From the IMG/VR virus record IMGVR_UViG_3300021478_000014: a stretch of DNA of 35,093 nucleotides. One strand, 5' to 3'. Position numbers and translations under genes: made by a program. This stretch comes from a virus. Below the pieces are notes generated by a model, which had not been told where the DNA came from, did not search any database, and saw only the letters and a list, made by a program, of their open reading frames with translations. Positions 24,154-29,766 of the stretch are shown in pieces (positions within the stretch are counted from its first letter, which is position 1; every line of letters begins with the position of its first letter).

Positions 24154-24331
24154 CTTTTGCTCTCACTGAGTTTACAGCGGCTTGGATCTTTTCTATTGGA
24201 ATTTTTCCAACAAACGGCGCTTTCTGTACGCGATTGATTACATAATCTTCTTTTGGTTCTTCACGCCGGATGCCCTCAAACGCATTTTTGAAGGCAAGAT
24301 ACATAGCTGGGTTTTTTGGTTTATCGCTCAT
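24143..24331 (-). CDS. Hypothetical protein (62 aa)
   Basis: ORF in the tightly coupled gene string. Confidence 0.5.
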   Translation of the reverse strand: MSDKPKNPAMYLAFKNAFEGIRREEPKEDYVINRVQKAPFVGKIPIEKIQAAVNSVRAKDED

Positions 24332-24600
24332 TATTCTGCTGATGGTTGTTCTTGTACTTGAGGTGCTGGATCGACATTAATAGCATGATGTTCAGCTAAC
24401 TCACTCGTTGGTATTGATTCGACAGGCGCGGCATAGCTCATAATACCGTTTTGCATCCACATATGCGCTTCATCGAACCTTAGCAACGCTTGTTGCTTTT
24501 GAATCTGTGCTGATGGTAATTGCATAACAACATTCATTAGGGCAATAAAACTTTGTCGCATAATTTCTAGATTGTTCTTTTTGTCTTCAATATTGTCCAT
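24331..24600 (-). CDS. Hypothetical small helical protein (89 aa)
   Basis: Contains ALLRFDEAHMWMQNGI, the same pattern as in the ORF at 20534..20737. Confidence 0.55.
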   Translation of the reverse strand: MDNIEDKKNNLEIMRQSFIALMNVVMQLPSAQIQKQQALLRFDEAHMWMQNGIMSYAAPVESIPTSELAEHHAINVDPAPQVQEQPSAE

Positions 24601-24602
24601 CG

Positions 24603-24749
24603 TTACTTCCCTTTTTTAGATTTGGTCTTTTTCTTTTTCACATGCTCAGGCAACGCTTTAATGTTAGGCGTAGCATCCGCAAACTCTTGCGCTACTTTTG
24701 GGTTCTTAGCCCATAAGGCCTTGGCCTGGGCTTTCGACTTGAAAGGCAT
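24603..24749 (-). CDS. Small basic protein (48 aa), KSKAQ-type phage protein
   Basis: MPFKSKAQAKALWAKNPKVAQEFADATPNIKALPEHVKKKKTKSKKGK. The N-terminal motif recurs in many phage genomes. Not in the ORF track. Confidence 0.45.
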   Translation of the reverse strand: MPFKSKAQAKALWAKNPKVAQEFADATPNIKALPEHVKKKKTKSKKGK

Positions 24750-24751
24750 GA

Positions 24752-24883
24752 CTACTTTTTCTTCTTCATCTTATCATCCATCATTTTAGCGTCTGACTTC
24801 ATGTCTTTTTTCTCAGACTCTTTGATCTTCTTGTCCATCATTTTAGATTCCATTTTCTTTGCATCTTTCTTTTGCATCTTCAT
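24752..24883 (-). CDS. Possible lysine-rich micro-protein (43 aa)
   Basis: MKMQKKDAKKMESKMMDKKIKESEKKDMKSDAKMMDDKMKKKK. The stop lies 2 nt before the next ATG. Weak SD. Overlaps the end of 24843..25109 in another frame. Confidence 0.3.
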   Translation of the reverse strand: MKMQKKDAKKMESKMMDKKIKESEKKDMKSDAKMMDDKMKKKK

Positions 24884-25109
24884 TTTTATTTGCCTTAAAT
24901 AGTTTATCTAGTGATTTAAACAGCTCGGACTCTATTATAATGATACTTTCATGCTCTTGGTTTTGTAAATGAAACCTATCTAACTCGGCATTTTCAGCAC
25001 TCAATCTATACTGTAATAAATAGCTTTTAGATGATTGTCTGTTTTCAAATACTTTAATGTACACAATAAGCCTATTTGGTAATGGACACTTTCTTCTCAA
25101 TCCAGGCAT
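24843..25109 (-). CDS. Hypothetical protein (88 aa)
   Basis: AGGTGA SD upstream of the ATG. Confidence 0.5.
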   Translation of the reverse strand: MPGLRRKCPLPNRLIVYIKVFENRQSSKSYLLQYRLSAENAELDRFHLQNQEHESIIIIESELFKSLDKLFKANKNEDAKERCKENGI

Positions 25110-25236
25110 TTAAATCACCTGCCAATAGCTTGACCTCAGCCAATAGTATTGCCTGAATTTCTGGCCCTGAGGTGATAAATTCGGATTCAATGCCTTTTAA
25201 AATATGAGTTGCTAAAAATTTAGTCAAGATACCCAT
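25072..25236 (-). CDS. Possible small protein (54 aa)
   Basis: AGGA lies 5 nt upstream of the ATG. Overlaps the next ORF by 38 nt in another frame. Confidence 0.35.
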   Translation of the reverse strand: MGILTKFLATHILKGIESEFITSGPEIQAILLAEVKLLAGDLNAWIEKKVSITK

Positions 25237-25246
25237 ACTAGTCCTT

Positions 25247-25429
25247 TCATTTATTAAGTTTCTTTAAAGTTTCAGCGAGTCGAGCTCGTTTGCCTTCTTT
25301 TCCAGGCTTCTTGGCTGCAGCGGCTAGTTTCTTCGCGGGGATTGGTTCACCAGGCTTTGCTTTTAGTTCTTTTCGCAATGCGCCAGGATGTTTTATCGCG
25401 CCCTTGATCCAATCCTTTTTAGCCGCCAT
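25247..25429 (-). CDS. Small basic protein, DUF3008-like (60 aa)
   Basis: MAAKKDWIKGAIKHPGALRKELKAKPGEPIPAKKLAAAAKKPGKEGKRARLAETLKK resembles DUF3008. The GGTG SD favours the ATG at 25429 over 25453. Confidence 0.5.
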   Translation of the reverse strand: MAAKKDWIKGAIKHPGALRKELKAKPGEPIPAKKLAAAAKKPGKEGKRARLAETLKKLNK

Positions 25430-25850
25430 GGTTGACACCTTTGTTTTGATCAATAAGTGATTGCATTAACATCTTATAATCTTCGAGCAATTCTCTATAT
25501 AATTCCGAGTCTCGCCCAAAATCTTCTGCACAGCATTTTTCTAACAACCATGACACGGCTTGCCAACCTTTATTCATAGATGCGACATCCCGCATAAACT
25601 CGCGAACTTTCAAGCCCTGTGCTTCGTAAAAATCATCAAGAAAGGCAGTATAAAGTGATTCAATATTGTCCGCTCTGTCTTCCTTTCCACGCGTAATCCA
25701 GTTTAATGGGGTCTGAGGGCTTAGGCGTGCAATTCTTGCGGCATTGGTCAATGATAAGTCACTGCGGACATTATCTATAACTATCTTTGATCTTTCAGGC
25801 GTGAGTTTGTAAGGGTCTCTAGGCTCAATTTTGTCTTTTTTCTTAGTCAT
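25419..25850 (-). CDS. terS: Terminase small subunit (tentative)
   Basis: 143 aa. N-terminal HTH-like segment (LSLTNAARIARLSPQTPLNWITRG), then WQAVSWLLEKCCAEDFGR, resembling the W.A..W.LER..PE.(W/F)G motif of small terminases. First gene of the long minus-strand block. Confidence 0.55.
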   Translation of the reverse strand: MTKKKDKIEPRDPYKLTPERSKIVIDNVRSDLSLTNAARIARLSPQTPLNWITRGKEDRADNIESLYTAFLDDFYEAQGLKVREFMRDVASMNKGWQAVSWLLEKCCAEDFGRDSELYRELLEDYKMLMQSLIDQNKGVNHGG

Positions 25851-25886
25851 AAGATGATTATCACAAAAAATCCAAATATTTAAACA

Positions 25887-25915
25887 ATATTATCTTGCTG
25901 TTTAGTTCTATGCAA
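25887..25915 (-). promoter_or_regulatory. Sigma70-type promoter for the minus-strand (terS to structural) block
   Basis: On the minus strand: TTGCAT (25915..25910), 17 nt, TAATAT (25892..25887). About 35 nt upstream of the terS ATG. Confidence 0.55.
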
Positions 25916-25920
25916 ACAAC

Positions 25921-25939
25921 TTTGTAAACTATTTACAAA
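25921..25939. promoter_or_regulatory. Operator-like palindrome TTTGTAAA-cta-TTTACAAA between divergent promoters
   Basis: Perfect 8-bp inverted arms with a 3-bp spacer. The 8-mer TGTAAACT recurs at 33000..33007 in the other control region. Confidence 0.5.
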
Positions 25940-25966
25940 ATAAATTAAATTAATGTTAAGTTTAAC

Positions 25967-25995
25967 TTGACACAAAGTTATCATTGCTCTATACT
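25967..25995 (+). promoter_or_regulatory. Near-consensus sigma70 early promoter (TTGACA-17-TATACT)
   Basis: TTGACA at 25967..25972 and TATACT at 25990..25995. The upstream and core sequence TGTTAAgTTtAACTTGACACAAAG is duplicated at 33009..33034. Confidence 0.75.
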
Positions 25996-26028
25996 TCACT
26001 CATACCAACAACATAGCGAGATAATAAA

Positions 26029-26181
26029 ATGAATGACTTCCACATAATGCTAAACGGTGAATTGTTTGAAGTTCACGGAGATGAAAAATCAGCAAAGGAC
26101 ACTGTAAAAGCGATGAAGAAAAGCGGTGACTGGGACAGCACGGATAAAATAGAAATAATAGAGATAGAGATGGCGGCCTAA
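26029..26181 (+). CDS. Possible first early protein (50 aa)
   Basis: MNDFHIMLNGELFEVHGDEKSAKDTVKAMKKSGDWDSTDKIEIIEIEMAA. First ATG after the promoter. Weak SD. Confidence 0.4.
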   Translation: MNDFHIMLNGELFEVHGDEKSAKDTVKAMKKSGDWDSTDKIEIIEIEMAA

Positions 26182-26187
26182 GGGTCG

Positions 26188-26216
26188 CTTCACTAACACA
26201 AAAGGATATAGCAATG
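26188..26216 (+). promoter_or_regulatory. Conserved translation-initiation cassette, copy 1 (cttCACTAACACAAAAGGATATAGCAATG)
   Basis: Near-identical sequence precedes three ORFs (26214, 26442, 27661). Confidence 0.7.
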
Positions 26217-26411
26217 ACTACAATAAACGATTTGACCCTAACAAAAGACCCTTACTTGGATGGTGATGTATATAGCGCACATGCTACGGACAAACAAGAC
26301 AATGAATACATGGTGCATTGGGAAATAAAGCCTAATGATTCTCCGGATGGCTGGGAAGATGAGCAAGAGGCATGTGACTGGGACAAGCCATTATTTATTA
26401 CCAAATTATAA
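26214..26411 (+). CDS. Strongly acidic early protein (65 aa), hypothetical
   Basis: Conserved SD cassette. 16 D/E against 5 K/R by my count. Confidence 0.65.
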   Translation: MTTINDLTLTKDPYLDGDVYSAHATDKQDNEYMVHWEIKPNDSPDGWEDEQEACDWDKPLFITKL

Positions 26412-26415
26412 TGTT

Positions 26416-26444
26416 CGACTAACACAAAAGAGGATATAGCAATG
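26416..26444 (+). promoter_or_regulatory. Conserved translation-initiation cassette, copy 2 (cgACTAACACAAAAGAGGATATAGCAATG)
   Basis: See copy 1. Confidence 0.7.
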
Positions 26445-26639
26445 AACGAAAAAGAATTTGCAGAATATGTATATAGCTACTACGGATATAAAGGAATATT
26501 CGATATGTATGTCAGCATGCCTGAAATATTAAGGGCAATTGAAGTTAGAAAATTATTTTACCAGGTGGCCTTTGAATGTGACAGCATTGATCGTGAGCTT
26601 ATTAGAGACATTATCCTGGCAATCAGGGGCGTACAATGA
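26442..26639 (+). CDS. Hypothetical early protein (65 aa)
   Basis: Conserved SD cassette. The stop overlaps the next start (ATGA). Confidence 0.65.
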   Translation: MNEKEFAEYVYSYYGYKGIFDMYVSMPEILRAIEVRKLFYQVAFECDSIDRELIRDIILAIRGVQ

Positions 26640-27121
26640 AACTAACCGATGCCCTATCAATCCTAAATATCACCGGCGACTATACCCCGGAAACAATCAA
26701 GACCGCATACCGCAAGGCGTGCAGTCAATACCATCCAGATCGCAACGCTTCAGGCCTTGAGATGATGAAAATGGTCAACCAGGCATATGACGCAATCAAA
26801 GAGCAAACAGGAACCGCGGCCAATGATAGCGAACAATGCTACGGGGATGAGATCAACAACGCTTTAAACCAAGTGATTAACCTTGGACTTGATATCGAAG
26901 TGTGCGGGGCATGGGTATGGCTGCACGGTGATACAAGACCTCATAAAGACATTATAAAAGCTGCGGGCTTTCGTTGGGCACCTAAAAAGACCCTATGGTA
27001 TTACAGGCCAGCAGATTACAAGAGCAATGGTCGCGGGAAGTTTTCAATGGAAGAAATTAGAGAACGTCATGGTAGCCAGAAGGTGACCATGAAAGAGCGT
27101 AATAAATTACGGGCTGCGTGA
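26636..27121 (+). CDS. J-domain (DnaJ-like) co-chaperone protein
   Basis: ILNITGDYTPETIKTAYRKACSQYHPDRN...MMKMVNQAYDAIK is a canonical J-domain with the HPD tripeptide. The C-terminal domain (VCGAWVWLHGDTRPHKDIIKAAGFRWAPKKTLWYY) is unrelated to DnaJ. Confidence 0.8.
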   Translation: MKLTDALSILNITGDYTPETIKTAYRKACSQYHPDRNASGLEMMKMVNQAYDAIKEQTGTAANDSEQCYGDEINNALNQVINLGLDIEVCGAWVWLHGDTRPHKDIIKAAGFRWAPKKTLWYYRPADYKSNGRGKFSMEEIRERHGSQKVTMKERNKLRAA

Positions 27122-27146
27122 GCGGCCTTAACCTAAGGATCATAAA

Positions 27147-27368
27147 ATGAAACCACAAATTGAAGCATACAAAATACTGAAACTAGAGCAAACCTTTTTT
27201 TTACTAGACCCATATGATTTATTTACCATGCCAGCTTTGAAAATCATAGGCCCTGGGCATATAGATAAAGTATCAGCAGAAAGTCACAAAGAATTAAAGT
27301 TTAAAGTTGACATGAAAGAATACGAACGACTCAAAGCAATGGGGCGCGGCTTCCCAGATAACGATTAA
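27147..27368 (+). CDS. Hypothetical early protein (73 aa)
   Basis: AAGGA SD. Confidence 0.6.
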   Translation: MKPQIEAYKILKLEQTFFLLDPYDLFTMPALKIIGPGHIDKVSAESHKELKFKVDMKEYERLKAMGRGFPDND

Positions 27369-27388
27369 CTAACCAAAAGGAAATAAAA

Positions 27389-27598
27389 ATGAATATAGTA
27401 GTAAAACTAGCAGAATTAGCAAAAGAATTAGATTCATATCTAACATATGAATATCGTTGTAGAGTGGATGCACCAGGGGAGTTACTGTGCAGTAGGAATG
27501 AAACATACCGCATTTATTCTGAGGGATATAAAACTATTTACTTGCCAACTTTTGAACAAGTTATGGAATTGAAATCCACAGACTTCATACCTGAATAA
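27389..27598 (+). CDS. Hypothetical early protein (69 aa)
   Basis: Preceded by AACTAACCAAAAGGAAATAAAAATG, a degenerate copy of the cassette. Confidence 0.6.
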   Translation: MNIVVKLAELAKELDSYLTYEYRCRVDAPGELLCSRNETYRIYSEGYKTIYLPTFEQVMELKSTDFIPE

Positions 27599-27603
27599 AA
27601 AAC

Positions 27604-27635
27604 GCCCTGGCAAACTATAGCGAGAGAACCAGGGC
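27604..27635 (+). promoter_or_regulatory. Intercistronic stem-loop (7-bp GC-rich stem gccctgg / ccagggc, 18-nt loop)
   Basis: Read directly. No U-tract follows, so it is more likely an mRNA processing or stability element than a terminator. Confidence 0.4.
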
Positions 27636-27663
27636 ATCACTAACACATGAGGAATATAGCATG
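27636..27663 (+). promoter_or_regulatory. Conserved translation-initiation cassette, copy 3 (catCACTAACACATGAGGAATATAGCATG)
   Basis: See copy 1. Confidence 0.7.
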
Positions 27664-27891
27664 GAACTTAACATTGTCAACCGTGGCCAGAAAATTAATC
27701 TGGCTGATTTAAGCGACACCCATTTTATTTTCAATTGTCAGCAAGAAATTGACGACCGCGAGTACTTTGATTATAACCTTTCAGCCCTTTTCAATGACTA
27801 TGAATACAATCGCTCTATGTCCCGCGAAGATATAATATATTTGAGGGAAAACTGCAAAAGAATCTTGGCGGCTACTGAGGGGGCATTGTAA
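27661..27891 (+). CDS. Hypothetical early protein (76 aa)
   Basis: Conserved SD cassette. Confidence 0.65.
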   Translation: MELNIVNRGQKINLADLSDTHFIFNCQQEIDDREYFDYNLSALFNDYEYNRSMSREDIIYLRENCKRILAATEGAL

Positions 27892-28013
27892 TGGGTGAAT
27901 ATCATGGGGATGAAGATGAAATCGAGCAAGAATTAAGGTTAATCAAAGAGGAACGATATCAGCTACAAGGTGATGAGGAAAACGAAGATTGGTATATTAC
28001 TGAGGATCGTTAA
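27891..28013 (+). CDS. Possible very acidic micro-protein (40 aa)
   Basis: TAATG overlap with the upstream stop. Product MGEYHGDEDEIEQELRLIKEERYQLQGDEENEDWYITEDR. The 3' end overlaps the convergent gene by 17 nt. Confidence 0.35.
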   Translation: MGEYHGDEDEIEQELRLIKEERYQLQGDEENEDWYITEDR

Positions 28014-28206
28014 TCAGCCCTAAATCATTTTTATTTTTCATTGCACCATTAGCTTTACTATCTCCCCTGGCCAGCAAGCTATTCATTTTGTCTCTTGCAA
28101 GTGAACCAGGGGGATTTTCTTCTTTTCCACCGTCATAATAGTTGACGGCATGACCAGACTTGAGGCGGTACTCTTGTACCGCCTCAAGGTATTGTTTGTG
28201 GTTCAT
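27997..28206 (-). CDS. Hypothetical hydrophilic protein (69 aa)
   Basis: Last ORF of the endolysin block. 4-nt overlap with the upstream gene. Confidence 0.5.
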   Translation of the reverse strand: MNHKQYLEAVQEYRLKSGHAVNYYDGGKEENPPGSLARDKMNSLLARGDSKANGAMKNKNDLGLINDPQ

Positions 28207-28403
28207 CGACCACCAGTAATCATATTACGTAAACGGCCATCACGGCGCATTTCTCGCATATCTTCACGGTTTTCACGCATGATTGATACTTGATCTTGAG
28301 AATCTTTTTTAGGCGCTCCAGCATCATTGTAAGTAATAGGATGATTCATCCTATCAGAAACAGCCTTCACCCTAATCTTATGTTCTTCGTGGTCAATAGC
28401 CAT
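28203..28403 (-). CDS. Hypothetical hydrophilic, charged protein (66 aa)
   Basis: Tightly packed ORF with no hydrophobic segment. Confidence 0.5.
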   Translation of the reverse strand: MAIDHEEHKIRVKAVSDRMNHPITYNDAGAPKKDSQDQVSIMRENREDMREMRRDGRLRNMITGGR

Positions 28404-28616
28404 TTAACGCCCCATCTTAGAACCGCCTGAGTAGTAACACGGCTTGCCAGGACCACCCTTGATACTTTCCATGGCTTTGTTTACTGCACTAGCGTTATAA
28501 CCATCCATGCCAGCACCTTGACCCATCGCGGCACCCATACGGGGCTTGTCTTTACCGGCTTTATGTTCGCCGCCGCCATAGCCTTTTTTCAGTTTTAAGT
28601 CTGTACCGTAGTTCAT
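28404..28616 (-). CDS. Hypothetical Gly/Lys-rich protein (70 aa)
   Basis: The ATG at 28616 has GGGG 5 nt upstream, whereas the ORF-track start is a TTG. Low-complexity product (KKGYGGGEHKAGKDKPRMGAAMGQGAGMDG). Confidence 0.5.
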   Translation of the reverse strand: MNYGTDLKLKKGYGGGEHKAGKDKPRMGAAMGQGAGMDGYNASAVNKAMESIKGGPGKPCYYSGGSKMGR

Positions 28617-28629
28617 GGGTGCCCCTTTT

Positions 28630-29175
28630 TCAAATATCAAAAGCTCTTGTAAGCCAGTCGTCTAAGAATAACTCATGGCGGGGATTCACTGCAACTAGTT
28701 GACGATAAAATCCTGTTCTTTGTGCAATCAGCGCAGGGATAAGCATGAAAGATGCTTGATTAATCGCTTGAAGCGTCTTAGAGCAAAACATGCCGTCGTC
28801 TTTAACATAGCCTTTCATCTTTTGAGCCGCGCAACATGCACGCTGGGTAATCTTAACAGCTTCGGCAATTCCAAGGTTCACTGACATATCAAAAATATAC
28901 TTGGCGAGCATATTGTTTATTATTTTCTCAAAAGGAGCTTTCAGCCAAAATTCAGAATAGTAAATCTTTTCAGCCTGGTCTTTCGTCAAATCGACAATGT
29001 CCTTTTCGGAAACATCATCGAAGATACCAACGCGCTTTAAGACAAGTGGATCGACTTCACGCAAAAACCGTAGGGAGATCCCAAAATTCGTAATCCCACC
29101 AGGATCGGCTGCATCTTTTGTCAATCCACCCTCATGCTTTAAAACATAATCAACGCAAGACTCAAACGTAGCCAT
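28630..29175 (-). CDS. Endolysin, glycoside hydrolase family 108 N-terminal domain plus PG_binding_3-type C-terminal domain
   Basis: VLKHEGGLTKDAADPGGITNFGIS is the GH108 signature with the catalytic EGG context. Length of 181 aa is typical. No signal or SAR sequence. Confidence 0.85.
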   Translation of the reverse strand: MATFESCVDYVLKHEGGLTKDAADPGGITNFGISLRFLREVDPLVLKRVGIFDDVSEKDIVDLTKDQAEKIYYSEFWLKAPFEKIINNMLAKYIFDMSVNLGIAEAVKITQRACCAAQKMKGYVKDDGMFCSKTLQAINQASFMLIPALIAQRTGFYRQLVAVNPRHELFLDDWLTRAFDI

Positions 29176-29184
29176 ACTAATCCT

Positions 29185-29424
29185 TTAAAACGATTGTGAT
29201 CCGCCATGGCTTCCGCCGTACTGTTGAGTAAATCTACTTTTCCAAAAGTTTTCAGTTTCTCGCATGTGACGCACGATCATTTCCCTGGGAACATCTTGCA
29301 TAGTCAATCCTGGCGCAACTTCAATGCCCCTATTCGGATTTACAAAGCCTGGGTGCTTCTTACGATTTGATTCAGTAACAACCGGAACGCGGGTCTTTTT
29401 TTCTGTGTTTTCTGGTCTAGCCAT
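29185..29424 (-). CDS. Hypothetical hydrophilic protein (79 aa)
   Basis: The ATG at 29424 has AGGA with a 7-nt spacer. The ATG at 29448 has only a 3-nt spacer. Confidence 0.5.
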   Translation of the reverse strand: MARPENTEKKTRVPVVTESNRKKHPGFVNPNRGIEVAPGLTMQDVPREMIVRHMRETENFWKSRFTQQYGGSHGGSQSF

Positions 29425-29481
29425 TTGATAGTCCTTATAAATTTTCATTTATCCTAGCAAACATTGTTAATCAGCACAAAC

Positions 29482-29508
29482 AAAAAAGCCCGCTAGGAAG
29501 ACGGGCTT
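29482..29508 (-). terminator. Rho-independent terminator on the minus strand, in the leader upstream of the endolysin block
   Basis: Minus-strand reading: aagcccg-tcttcctag-cgggctt followed by ttttttgtttg. 7-bp GC-rich stem, 9-nt loop, U6 tract. Confidence 0.7.
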
Positions 29509-29733
29509 AGTTAGGACAACTTGCGATAATCTGGAAAAACTGGGAAAACCAGACAATTTATACTGCAGTAGTTTTTTTAGATTTACAAGTAATTTCAATA
29601 GATTATTTAATTGATTCTGTTTAACATGGCAAGGTTGAACAAATGCCACGCAGACACGTGGCAACGTCAAGTCGAAGGCATCCAATCACTAACAACAACA
29701 CTCTCTCAAAGAGTAAGTGGATTTTAATGGATG

Positions 29734-29757
29734 CCTTGTGTTAATGCAACCACAAGG
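29734..29757 (+). promoter_or_regulatory. Hairpin sequestering the SD of the replication-initiator gene
   Basis: ccttgtg (29734..29740) pairs with cacaagg (29751..29757). The AAGG at 29754..29757 is the only SD-like element, 9 nt before the ATG at 29767. The 5' arm overlaps the 3' arm of a competing 10-bp helix (29675..29684 / 29728..29737). Confidence 0.45.
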
Positions 29758-29766
29758 TAAATAAAA

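Noticed and set aside
26539-26760. 73-aa plus-strand ORF spanning the 26442 and 26636 genes in a third frame
   Set aside because: It overlaps two genes that have SD sequences, one of which has a clear J-domain. It has no start context.
29467-29685. 72-aa minus-strand ORF covering the intergenic control region upstream of the endolysin block
   Set aside because: It would run straight through a canonical terminator hairpin and U-tract, it has no SD, and the region is better explained as regulatory.
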